Origin: Candidatus Bruticola sp. | GTDB lineage: Bacteria; Vulcanimicrobiota; Xenobia; Xenobiales; Xenobiaceae | Assembly: GCA_051874735.1 (NCBI GenBank) | Contig: JBJEGD010000038.1 | Coordinates: forward strand, 1-32,182 | Direction: 5' to 3' | Length of the DNA: 32,182 nucleotides | Made by a program: the position numbers and the translations under genes | The notes under the pieces: model-generated | Told to the model about the DNA's origin: nothing | What the model saw: the letters and a program-made list of their open reading frames with translations, nothing else | The model's database searches: none | Shown here: piece after piece, positions 8,522-17,578 of the stretch | Layout: each line of letters opens with the position of its first letter | How positions within the stretch are numbered: the stretch's first letter is position 1

Positions 8522-9339
8522 TGAATTATGAACAGTCTCAAGAGCAGAAAAATGTAGAGCTTAGGGACAATAAGGTATCGGAGGCTGTTGAAACGGTACC
8601 AAATATTGATAATATCGATACGGAAGGGGATATAATCGATAAAGAAGTTTCTCTAAGTTTAAGCGGTCATTTAGAAGAGTTGCGCCGCCGTATTTTTTAT
8701 TGTTTAGCAGCTTGGACTGTTGCCAGCTGTCTTGCTTACGCTTATGCCGATTTGATTTTACAAAAAGTTCGGGAATTAGGCGGTTCTGCTTTTACTTTTG
8801 TCTATACCGGACCGACGGAAGCTTTTATGGCTTTCATTAAGTTATCTATGGCTTTGGGGTTAGTTGCTGTTCTTCCTGTGATTCTCTATCACATAGCAGC
8901 TTTTGTAAATCCGGCTCTAACCCGACGTGAGCGGCGTCTACTTTTTAGCTTGACTCCAGTTTGTCTAGTACTTTTCTGCGTCGGCTTAGTGTTCGCTTGG
9001 TTTGTGGCACTGCCCGTTATGTGGCGCTTTTTTTTGAGCTTTCAAACTAAAGGTATTGTGGCTCTCTGGACTATCGGAGAAGTTGTGGGCTTTGCTTCAG
9101 GTTTGCTGCTGATTTGTGGGTGTGTCTTTGAAATTCCGGTATTTTTAATCGGCGCTGTTAAGGTGGGAATCATTTCTTACGATCGCTTAGCCAAGGCCAG
9201 ACGCGTCTCCTACTTTGTTATATTAGTTTTAACCGCTGTCATAACTCCCACTCCTGATGCTTTTACCTGTTTAGTTGTGGCCGGTCCGATTATTGCCCTT
9301 TTTGAATTGAGTTTGCTCTGCCTGCGCTTCATAAAATGA
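8518..9339 (+). CDS. tatC: Twin-arginine translocase subunit TatC
   Basis: HLEELRRRI, PTEAF, PALTRRER, FEIP and AVITPTPD motifs; six hydrophobic segments. Confidence 0.95.
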   Translation: MMNYEQSQEQKNVELRDNKVSEAVETVPNIDNIDTEGDIIDKEVSLSLSGHLEELRRRIFYCLAAWTVASCLAYAYADLILQKVRELGGSAFTFVYTGPTEAFMAFIKLSMALGLVAVLPVILYHIAAFVNPALTRRERRLLFSLTPVCLVLFCVGLVFAWFVALPVMWRFFLSFQTKGIVALWTIGEVVGFASGLLLICGCVFEIPVFLIGAVKVGIISYDRLAKARRVSYFVILVLTAVITPTPDAFTCLVVAGPIIALFELSLLCLRFIK

Positions 9340-9363
9340 GTAACTTGTGGTCAAAATAAGCAC

Positions 9364-9409
9364 AAAAAAAGCAGAGCCTGAAAGAAATCCTCAAGCTCTG
9401 CGTTTTTTT
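9364..9409. terminator. Bidirectional intrinsic terminator
   Basis: A7-GCAGAGC...GCTCTGC-G-T7 between the convergent tatC and CofE-like genes. Confidence 0.8.
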
Positions 9410-9446
9410 CTTGGTGTTTAATAAATGTTCGATTTTATTTCATATA

Positions 9447-10721
9447 TTACTGCGCCTCAGGCTGTGTTGTCGGCGCCGGAGCTTCTGAGGGGGCCATTGG
9501 TTCAGTTCTGTTTGGATTGACAGTCTGAGCTTGACGGCGGTCTCTAATGACTACTAAGGGCGTCATCTCTCCGGCATTGCCTTGAGGATTAGGTTTCAAG
9601 GCTTCTACAACTTCACCCGTTCGGTTGGAATCGGTTATAGCTAAAACATCGACTTTGCCGAGGTCGTTCGCATCGACAATAGTTACATCGAAACCGGTAG
9701 CCTCTTTTATTTCCTGGCAGACTTTTTGAGGATAGGCTGGCGCCAGTACGACATGTTTGTCGAAAGGAGGCAGCGTGCCAGTGCAATCATCGATGGCAGC
9801 GACCATTCTTCCCGTGACTCGATAAAATTCACCAGAACGGCCTATAAATTTACCGATCAAGCCGCGCAGCATACCGTAAAGAATCTTCCAGGTTCCTACT
9901 TCTCGGAAGGCCATTTCTAAAGAATAAACCGAAGAGAGCGAAGAATTCATGTCGAAGAACAGATTTAAACGACGGGCTAAATAGCGCGGTTTAATATCTT
10001 CGCAGTAAGCTACACGTCCTTGCATAATAGCTACAGGACTTTCAGCTAAAGCAATAATATCGCCTGGTTTAGCTACTTCAGCTGTATATTTTTTTACAAC
10101 TTCGACTATGTCGTCGCCAGGCATAAGCATGCGGGTAGGGATGGGCACAGCTGGAGCATCTGGAGCAATTTCTTTTTTAGGAGGCTTAACGCTGACGGGA
10201 GCGCTGGGCTCGACTGGAACTTCTTTAAATTCAGCCGCATTGAGAGTAATAACTTGGCGGCGGTATTTCATAGGGGTGCGGCAATAGTATTTGTAGTTAA
10301 TATCGACGCGGAACTCTCCTAAGTCGGCCACAGCTTTGCGTACATCGCGGGCAGTTAGCCAAATTTCAACTTCAACATTAAGCTTTTTGCCGGGCTTAAT
10401 AATAACGGCTTCCCAATAACCATCAACCCGTGGAGCTTCAGGATTTATTAAACTTACAATAGGATGCAGATCGGAGTAACGCAATCCAATCGGCTGAAGA
10501 TGGGCATGAGCATCGATAACTAACCCCTGCTGGGTGCCTGAGTTTTGAAAAGGAAAAGAAAAACGCAGGCGGGCGTGGTGTGCGTCTGTATATTCAACAC
10601 GCATATTGTCAACTTGCTCTGCTGCTGCTCTGACGACAGCGTCGGCGCGAGATGAAGCGATAAATTCAAGAGCTAAAACTGTAAGAGCGGGAACGGCCAG
10701 AAGGGTTGAAGCCCAGCACAT
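9447..10721 (-). CDS. Coenzyme F420-0:gamma-glutamyl ligase (CofE)-like protein with an N-terminal hydrophobic anchor and a beta-rich domain
   Basis: C-terminal half has IPTRMLMPGDDIVEVV, GDIIALAESPVAIMQGR, IDDCTGTLPPFD, IVDANDLG and NPQGNAGEMTPLVVIR, typical of bacterial CofE-like proteins. GGAGG RBS favours ATG 10721 over 10736. Confidence 0.75.
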   Translation of the reverse strand: MCWASTLLAVPALTVLALEFIASSRADAVVRAAAEQVDNMRVEYTDAHHARLRFSFPFQNSGTQQGLVIDAHAHLQPIGLRYSDLHPIVSLINPEAPRVDGYWEAVIIKPGKKLNVEVEIWLTARDVRKAVADLGEFRVDINYKYYCRTPMKYRRQVITLNAAEFKEVPVEPSAPVSVKPPKKEIAPDAPAVPIPTRMLMPGDDIVEVVKKYTAEVAKPGDIIALAESPVAIMQGRVAYCEDIKPRYLARRLNLFFDMNSSLSSVYSLEMAFREVGTWKILYGMLRGLIGKFIGRSGEFYRVTGRMVAAIDDCTGTLPPFDKHVVLAPAYPQKVCQEIKEATGFDVTIVDANDLGKVDVLAITDSNRTGEVVEALKPNPQGNAGEMTPLVVIRDRRQAQTVNPNRTEPMAPSEAPAPTTQPEAQ

Positions 10722-10796
10722 AAATATCTCCTCCATGAGAGCATATAAAATAATCAGGGTAATTTTTGAAGATTGCGGCGTTTATCCTGCAATAGT

Positions 10797-12497
10797 TTAT
10801 TCTGCGGCTCGCTTCAGCTCCAAGCAAACTGGAAGCAGCTTTTTTAATTGGCAGATTTTTAGAGGCACAGGATTTAGATGTAAAGCTTGGCCTAGTTGAA
10901 AAACGCTAGGACGCGGCAGGTTACTGTGACGCCTCAGCACTTCTTCTGTTTTACCAAAATCTTGGAGACGCCCTTTATCTAGTAAAATAATTTTTTGACA
11001 TTGTTCGCTTATGAGATCGATATTATGGGTGATTAATAATGTCAAGGTTGGTCTTGTATAACGCAGATAATGGAAAATTTGTGTAAGTATCTGCCAGCTT
11101 TCTTCATCGAGAGCTGCGTTTGGTTCGTCCATAATGACTGCTTGGGGGCGCATAGCCAAAACTCCAGCTATAGATAGTAGGCGCAGCTGAGAATTGCTTA
11201 ATTCATAAGGATGAACATCTTTCCAGGGTGTTAACTTAGTTAATTCTAAAGCTTCTTGACAGCGTTCGTTTATTTCTGTTGGGGTGAGACCCAAATTTTG
11301 TGGGCCGAAAGCCGTTTCAGACCACACGCTGGAAGTAAAGATTTGTTCACGGCTGTTATGAAAAACAAATCCTACTTGCGCTGCCAGACTCCAGGTAGGT
11401 TGGCTGCTTATGTCTTGACCGTTGATAGATACCGAACCTCGCTGAGGGCGCAGCATACCGTTGAGCATTTTGGCTAAAGTTGTTTTCCCAGATCCGTTCG
11501 CTCCGTATATGGCTGTGCAGTCAGGAGTTTCTAAAGTTAAGTTTATATTGTTAAGAACAGGCTCTTTAGAATTGTAGGCAAAAGAAATATCTTTTAAATC
11601 TATGGTGAAGGACGAAAGGGCAGAGCGTTCATCATGAGGAGCAATTGGGTTAGCCTCTTGTTGAGAGTACGAAACAGTACATTCTGCTTGTTTCTGTAAA
11701 AAATTTACAGCTCCGTCTTTAGTAAAGGGCAGTTTAGAAGGATTGTAAGATAAATCTAAACTGCGTATGATTCTTGTCCAGGGAGTTGATAGACTTCCAG
11801 ATGGGAAGTGCTGACGCGGTGGCCCATCGTAAATTAGTCGACCTTTATCAAGTTCAAGCCAGCGTGAAAAGCTGCAGACTTCTTCTATATTTGAGGAACT
11901 CCAAATTACAATGCGATTGGCGGTAGAAGCTATATTAAGAACATAGTTTAATAAACTGAGCCGTTCTTGTTCGTCTAAAAAAGCCGACGGTTCATCAAGC
12001 AGTAAAATATCTGGTTCCAAAACTAAAATAGAGGCTAAAATAAGGCGCTGCTGCTGACCGCTGGAGAGGGATAGCGGGGAACGGTCAGCTAAATCGAGGA
12101 GGGAAAACTCTCTGAGAGTCCTTTCTGTACGTTCAGCTATTTCTTTGGGCGGCAGTCCTAAATTTTCTAAGCTCCAAGCTGCTTCTTCTGTGACGCTGGA
12201 ACATATCCCAGACAGCTGACTGCGAGGATTAGCTGATACATATCCAACCGTTTTTAAACGTTCTTTTAAATTTAAATTGGTGTGGTTGCGGCCATGCAGT
12301 TTGATACTGCCGGTAAGTCGGCCCTTGACCAAATAAGGAATAAATCCGGCTATCGCTTGCAGCAGCGTACTTTTCCCTGAGCTGGAAGCGCCGATTAAAG
12401 CTATCATCTGGCCGGCTTCTGCAGTAAAGCTAATTCGATGTAAAGCACTGCTTCGTGCATATTTGTGTGTAAAAGATAAATTGTTTAATTCAAGCAT
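10797..12497 (-). CDS. ECF transporter duplicated ATPase (A-A' fusion)
   Basis: Two ABC domains: GASSSGKST...LLLDEP and GANGSGKTT...IMDEP...ITHN; ECF-type EAAWSLENLG and ETAFGPQNLG segments. Confidence 0.9.
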   Translation of the reverse strand: MLELNNLSFTHKYARSSALHRISFTAEAGQMIALIGASSSGKSTLLQAIAGFIPYLVKGRLTGSIKLHGRNHTNLNLKERLKTVGYVSANPRSQLSGICSSVTEEAAWSLENLGLPPKEIAERTERTLREFSLLDLADRSPLSLSSGQQQRLILASILVLEPDILLLDEPSAFLDEQERLSLLNYVLNIASTANRIVIWSSSNIEEVCSFSRWLELDKGRLIYDGPPRQHFPSGSLSTPWTRIIRSLDLSYNPSKLPFTKDGAVNFLQKQAECTVSYSQQEANPIAPHDERSALSSFTIDLKDISFAYNSKEPVLNNINLTLETPDCTAIYGANGSGKTTLAKMLNGMLRPQRGSVSINGQDISSQPTWSLAAQVGFVFHNSREQIFTSSVWSETAFGPQNLGLTPTEINERCQEALELTKLTPWKDVHPYELSNSQLRLLSIAGVLAMRPQAVIMDEPNAALDEESWQILTQIFHYLRYTRPTLTLLITHNIDLISEQCQKIILLDKGRLQDFGKTEEVLRRHSNLPRPSVFQLGQALHLNPVPLKICQLKKLLPVCLELKRAAE

Positions 12498-13986
12498 AAT
12501 TCACAGCTGATAAATATAAATTAAAAGCAGCTCGCGCCAATATTAAGATTAGACATAAAATCAGCACATATTGGACAATTTTGTCCAGTAGTGAAACTGG
12601 TTGCACTTTTAAGCTGGTTCGTCGGTTAGTTGAGCCAAGCCCCCTCGATTCCAAAGCTAAAGCTGTTTGTTCTGCTTCGTAAGTGTAAGTTAGTACTAAG
12701 GGAGTCAGCAGCATCCGCAGTCGGTTCAGTCGCTGAGTAATTGAGCCTCCCCAGGGCATAGCTCTGGCAGCTTGAATTTCTATAATTTTTTTAGCTCTAT
12801 TAAGCAGGCGCGGAGCGGAGTTTATAGTCGACAAAATCGCATAAGCCAATTTTCCTGGTATACCTTTACTCTCTAAACTGCGCAGTAACTCCTCCGGACT
12901 AGTTGTCAATAACAAGAGTAGAGCAGCTTCGCAAATTATAATTATGCGTAAGGCCGTTTGGGCAGCTTGGCTGGCCGACTGCATAGACCAATTCAAGCTC
13001 CATGTACTTGAAATAGTGAACATAGTGTCGGTTGAGCCCAATAAGCCGTTAAGCACGATCATAGAAACAGAAATAGGCAAGGCCGTCCACAAGAGAGCTC
13101 GGCTGAAGACTAGAACTATACCTCCTGTTAAACTGAGTATCCAGAGTAGCAAAGCCTCAGTTGGTAAATAAGCCAGCAGTAAATATTGGGGCGATTCGGA
13201 CGCAGAATTTATCTTGACAGTTAGGGGAAAGCAAAACGCCGCTGCGGAAGCTGTCAGAAATAACAGCCATTTTGTATCAGCCGTTCTTTGGTGCAAAAAT
13301 CCGGAGCCTTTTTGATAAAAACTCAAATTTTCTGGAGAATATTGGGGAACCGTTTGAGCGTAAAATTGGTTTGATAGTTTTTGACTGGGAGTAGATAGAC
13401 TATAAGACGGTTCGATTTCTTCCAATGAAGCGCCATTTTGAAAGCTGCCTCGTAGACGCAGGGGCATAGCTGCTAAAAAAGCTTGAGCTAAAAGACAGCA
13501 GATAATTTTATCAGCAGGATCTATCGTAAGACTTTGAGCAAAGCAGGCATGAACAGTGCTTAAACCTGCTAAGCGAAAAGCTGCCACTATTAAATCTGTA
13601 CCGCCGCCGCTGCTGCCGTGCAGCAGGTAGGCGGCAATCGGAGCTGAGGCCATAGCTGCTATCAAACCTAAAATTAGGCCCATAAACGAGGACAGCCAGG
13701 GGGTGCGCATAAAACCTTGCCTGCTGAGATAACCAGCCGTCAAACCTATAAGCAGGGCGGGAGGCAGAAAACACAACCATACTGGGCTATTAGCAGCTGA
13801 ATTTATTATGCTGCTTAGCAAAGCTGTAGCTGCACCCGCTACCGGTCCACCCAAGCAGGCTGCCAATATTGTGCCCAACGAATCAAAGTATAAAGGCAAT
13901 TTTAGCAGCGAGGCCAATCCGCCTCCAGCAATATTCAAAGCTGCCGCCAGTGGAAGCAGGGCAAAAGTTTTTGTCTCCAAGCGCAT
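12490..13986 (-). CDS. ECF transporter fused substrate-binding (S) and transmembrane (T) component
   Basis: The first ~185 aa look like a QrtT/STY3230-like S component (LKLPLYFDSLGTILAACLGGP...GGGTD...DKI). The C-terminal part is EcfT/CbiQ-like (FLHQRTADTK, QAARA, ALESRG). Confidence 0.82.
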   Translation of the reverse strand: MRLETKTFALLPLAAALNIAGGGLASLLKLPLYFDSLGTILAACLGGPVAGAATALLSSIINSAANSPVWLCFLPPALLIGLTAGYLSRQGFMRTPWLSSFMGLILGLIAAMASAPIAAYLLHGSSGGGTDLIVAAFRLAGLSTVHACFAQSLTIDPADKIICCLLAQAFLAAMPLRLRGSFQNGASLEEIEPSYSLSTPSQKLSNQFYAQTVPQYSPENLSFYQKGSGFLHQRTADTKWLLFLTASAAAFCFPLTVKINSASESPQYLLLAYLPTEALLLWILSLTGGIVLVFSRALLWTALPISVSMIVLNGLLGSTDTMFTISSTWSLNWSMQSASQAAQTALRIIIICEAALLLLLTTSPEELLRSLESKGIPGKLAYAILSTINSAPRLLNRAKKIIEIQAARAMPWGGSITQRLNRLRMLLTPLVLTYTYEAEQTALALESRGLGSTNRRTSLKVQPVSLLDKIVQYVLILCLILILARAAFNLYLSAVNYA

Positions 13987-14110
13987 AAGGGGTGCTTGAT
14001 TCTCAGTTTATTTGTGCCCCCCCTGCCTTAACTTTGGGGAGGGCAGGATACAGCAAAGAGGTTAGGAATTAATCGGTTAACAAAATTTTTTAGGTTGTCT
14101 TAATAATAAT

Positions 14111-14893
14111 TTGGATAATTTTGAGCAATTGAGAGAAAAATTCACCAATAGAAAAGTTGACTGCGGTGCGGGACGCTATCTTTTGACTTTTGAAATGGGA
14201 CAAGGGCAGACTGCTGTCTTTATCCATGGGGCAGCCAGTTCGTGGTGGAGTTTTCGTTATCAATATCAAAAACTTTCTTCACATTACAGAATCGTTGCGC
14301 CTAATCTGCGCGGTCACGGTGGAACGCCCTGGTACGAAACTGAAAGCATAGAGGAATTCTATCAGGATATCTGTCTTTGGTTTAAAAATATGAACTTCTC
14401 ATCGCCAGTTCTTTTGGTCGGCCATTCTTTAGGCGGCTATTTAAGCGCTCGTTATGCTTCAGATTATCCTGAGCAAGTGGCGCGTTTAGTGTTGATGAGT
14501 ACTTGCGGTAACTTTGAAAAGGGGGCTGTGCGCTTTTTTTTAGAAAATTGTTGGGCCGGCGCTGATGCTGTTCACCGTCTTTTCCCTTGGCTAGTGGCCA
14601 TAAACTCACATTTAGCCGGCTGTTTAGCCAGAGTCGTTTTTTCTCAGTGGAACTGCTGGGACGCCTACCCCAAAATTGTGGCGCCTACTTTGCTTGTTTT
14701 AGGCACCTTCGATCCGCTTTTCAGTTTAAAGCAGGGCAAGCGCATGCAAAAGCTCATTCCTAATGCTCGGTTAAAAATTGTGGCTTGTGGAGGACATAAT
14801 CCTCAGATCGACCATGGATCTGAAGTAGCATCACTTATTCAAAAGTTTTTTGTAGAGAAAAATTTTATCCTCGATTACCGCAGTTCGGTTTAA
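14111..14893 (+). CDS. Alpha/beta fold hydrolase
   Basis: FIHG oxyanion loop, NLRGHG, GHSLGG nucleophile elbow, GTFD acid and GGHNP catalytic His. Confidence 0.9.
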   Translation: MDNFEQLREKFTNRKVDCGAGRYLLTFEMGQGQTAVFIHGAASSWWSFRYQYQKLSSHYRIVAPNLRGHGGTPWYETESIEEFYQDICLWFKNMNFSSPVLLVGHSLGGYLSARYASDYPEQVARLVLMSTCGNFEKGAVRFFLENCWAGADAVHRLFPWLVAINSHLAGCLARVVFSQWNCWDAYPKIVAPTLLVLGTFDPLFSLKQGKRMQKLIPNARLKIVACGGHNPQIDHGSEVASLIQKFFVEKNFILDYRSSV

Positions 14894-14942
14894 AACTGAC
14901 CAGGCCCTTTGACCGCATTAGATGAAAAGACCTGATCAGTTT
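14893..14942. terminator. Imperfect inverted repeat between convergent genes, probable terminator
   Basis: AAACTGACCAGG...CCTGATCAGTTT with a long loop. Confidence 0.45.
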
Positions 14943-14991
14943 GCATATAATAGTTGATTTTTTGAGTCGTTTCAGATAGACAAGCGCAACC

Positions 14992-16122
14992 TTAAGTTAG
15001 GGAGCGTTTAAGTTCTTCCGGATTCAATCCCTTTAACTCGTCTTCTACGAAAATGCCATTGTGGCGAACTAAATGATCATCAAAATATACATCTCCACCG
15101 TTCTCTTGACATAGTACTAGATCCCAGTGAATAGATGACTTATTGCCGTTATTGGCTGCTTCATAGCAATTGCCTAAGGCTAAGTGGAGACTGCCTCTGA
15201 TTTTTTCATCGAAGAGAGTATCCCCTATAGGCTTGTCTACAAAAGGATTGAATCCTAAGGAAAATTCGCCTATATAACGGGCTCCCTCGTCTATATCAAG
15301 AATGCGTTTTAAATTTTCTGTGTCAGATGACGAGGCTTCAACTACTCTACCTTCATGAAAAGTAAGGCTGATATTCTCCATGCGCACACCGCGGAAATTA
15401 GAAGGAGTATTAAAAGTAATTTTACCTTCTGCAGAAGTGCGATGCGGCGCCGAGTAGCATTCGCCATCAGGAATATTGCGCCGTCCGAAGTCAGGAACAG
15501 CTCCAATGTCTTTAATAGAGAAGCTGAGGTCTGTTCCTGGGCCAGTCAGACGTACTTTATCGGTGCGCAGCAAACGTTCTTTCAAAGGCTGAACAGCTAT
15601 TTCCATAGCTTGGTAGTTGGCGAGGCATACTTCGAAAAAATAATCTTCAAAAGCTTCTGTTGACATGAGAGCCAGTTGAGCCATAGCTGGATTGGGCCAG
15701 CGCATGACAACCCAGCGAGTATGTTTGACGCGTTGTTCTAGGTGCACCGGTTTTTGCCAATACTTTTGATATATTTCTACATTTTGGGGCGGAGTATCTG
15801 CCAGGGCTGCCGCATTGCTCATGCCGCGTAAGGATATGTAGCATTGCATATGTTTCATGCGCTCTAGTTCTAAGGAGCCCATAACTTTACAACGAGTGGT
15901 GACTTTGTCTGGATCGGGATCCAGAAGAAGCTGGCGCATAATAGATTGGTTTTGAAGGCTGATAATCGGCACACCGCCGGCCAGACATATTTCTTCAGCC
16001 AGAATGGTGAGCATAGAAATCGGAATTTCAGAAGCCTCTACCAATACGTTGTCGCCAGGTTCTACTCGGCATGAATGGCCTACAAGCGTTTGAGCCAATT
16101 TTCTATAGCGAGGATCAAACAT
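14992..16122 (-). CDS. Aminopeptidase, M29 family (AmpS/AmpT-like)
   Basis: NIPDGE, ARYIGEFSLG, LFDEKIRGSLHLALGNCY and SSIHWD motifs; AAGAGGAG RBS favours ATG 16122. Confidence 0.92.
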   Translation of the reverse strand: MFDPRYRKLAQTLVGHSCRVEPGDNVLVEASEIPISMLTILAEEICLAGGVPIISLQNQSIMRQLLLDPDPDKVTTRCKVMGSLELERMKHMQCYISLRGMSNAAALADTPPQNVEIYQKYWQKPVHLEQRVKHTRWVVMRWPNPAMAQLALMSTEAFEDYFFEVCLANYQAMEIAVQPLKERLLRTDKVRLTGPGTDLSFSIKDIGAVPDFGRRNIPDGECYSAPHRTSAEGKITFNTPSNFRGVRMENISLTFHEGRVVEASSSDTENLKRILDIDEGARYIGEFSLGFNPFVDKPIGDTLFDEKIRGSLHLALGNCYEAANNGNKSSIHWDLVLCQENGGDVYFDDHLVRHNGIFVEDELKGLNPEELKRSLT

Positions 16123-16602
16123 GTAATAAAATCTCCTCTTGAAGAGCAAAATTGAAACCGATACATATAAATTGGTGATGAAAAACGGTCAGATACGCGA
16201 GCTCCTCAAGTTAGTTGCCTTAAATAAGGCAGAGTATAATGACTGGGCTGTAGGTTGCTCTTAGCGCTTCTTCCTTCCTGCTACTAGCTTTTATGGAGCG
16301 CTAGGGGAGTTTTTAACTAGTGGTTAAGGGGGATAATCAATAGTTTTAGAGAATATTTTGGGAAAGATGCATTGTTATGCCGCACTCTTAGTCTAGGCTA
16401 GAGTCTGCAGAGTATTTCACCGGCAAGATTAGCTCCTTTAGGCTGGTAAAGTTCTAATTTGCTTTAGGTGCAGTTGGCACTGCAGAGTCTTTTTTCGGTA
16501 TCTATGGGGGGGGGCAGAGTGCTGCAGAGAGTCCCCTTGCTTCGTGTAAAAACAGAGAGAGTTGTTTTTGGGGCTTTGAATGCCGATATGTGAAAGTTAG
16601 GA

Positions 16603-17448
16603 GTGGTTGTGGTGGCTCGGTTGCCTTTCTTACTGACTATAGTTCACGGCGGAACCGTTCTGCCTCGTGAGCTAACTGCGCGCTTGGCGTTGAATTCTGC
16701 GGACATATTCTTCGATTCTGATCCTTGGACACGTGAAATATTCTCTTTTGGCGAGCTCATGCAGGGGCGTTTAGAAGCTGAAGTCGCCCGGTCTGTAATA
16801 GATATGGATCAAGATCCAAGTTTAAAGCCGCCTAAGGTAGATGACGGCGTTGTACGCTTAGTTACTCGGTACAATAGGCCAGTTTGGCGTGAGAACTGTC
16901 TGCCTACAGCTGAAGACATCAACAGGCTTATAGACAGATATCATCGCAATTATCATGAAATATTAGAGCGTGTTGCTTCACGTGGCGGCGTTAGTTTAGG
17001 TATCGATTGTCATTCTATGGCTCCTATTGGGGCGCCTCGTGATCCTGACCCTGGTCGGATACGCCCTGTATTCTGTATAGGTAACATGGGCGATGAAAAG
17101 GCCGAAGGGGAGTTGATTTCTTGCCCCACAGCCACAGCTCACAAATTAGCAGAAGTACTTAGCGAAGAGTTCAGAGATATTGAGTTGAAAGAGGGACAAA
17201 AATTGGTCTCTTTCAACAATCCTTATTCTGGAGGATACATACTCAAGCGTCATAGAGCCGAGCGAGATGGATCAGGTACTCCTTGGATTCAGTTTACGAT
17301 TAATCGCTCTTTGGTACTTCCTAATGAACCAGAAGATCCTTGCTCTTTGGAAGAAGCTCCAGATTCCGATCGGGAAGTATTGGGGCGACTGCGTTTGCGC
17401 TTAATGGGGGTGCTGAAAAAGTTCGCCGATAAGTTGGGACAAAATTAA
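16603..17448 (+). CDS. N-formylglutamate amidohydrolase family protein
   Basis: IVHGG, DSDPWT, RSVIDMD, RYHRNYH, IDCHSM and NNPYSGGYI match the FGase (HutG-type) family; some catalytic-region residues diverge (DMDQ for DLNR, QFTINR for QxEINR). Confidence 0.78.
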   Translation: MVVVARLPFLLTIVHGGTVLPRELTARLALNSADIFFDSDPWTREIFSFGELMQGRLEAEVARSVIDMDQDPSLKPPKVDDGVVRLVTRYNRPVWRENCLPTAEDINRLIDRYHRNYHEILERVASRGGVSLGIDCHSMAPIGAPRDPDPGRIRPVFCIGNMGDEKAEGELISCPTATAHKLAEVLSEEFRDIELKEGQKLVSFNNPYSGGYILKRHRAERDGSGTPWIQFTINRSLVLPNEPEDPCSLEEAPDSDREVLGRLRLRLMGVLKKFADKLGQN

Positions 17449-17456
17449 TTACAAGT

Positions 17457-17508
17457 AGCCCTGCTCTGTTTTTATGGGATTTTATATCCGGAAGAGGGGG
17501 CTTTTTTT
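17457..17508 (+). terminator. Probable intrinsic terminator
   Basis: AGCCCTGCTCT...AGAGGGGGCT followed by T7, just after the stop codon. Confidence 0.55.
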
Positions 17509-17578
17509 ATTGTCGCTGTTGTAACTACAAAAAGTTATGTGCTGCTTTTAAATTTTTAAGTTGAGGACTATTTTATTT

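Noticed and set aside
13987-14110. preQ1 or other riboswitch upstream of the QrtT-like ECF gene
   Set aside because: Only a CCTGCC/GGCAGG hairpin is visible; I could not match a preQ1 class I or II consensus on the minus strand. An Rfam scan would settle it.
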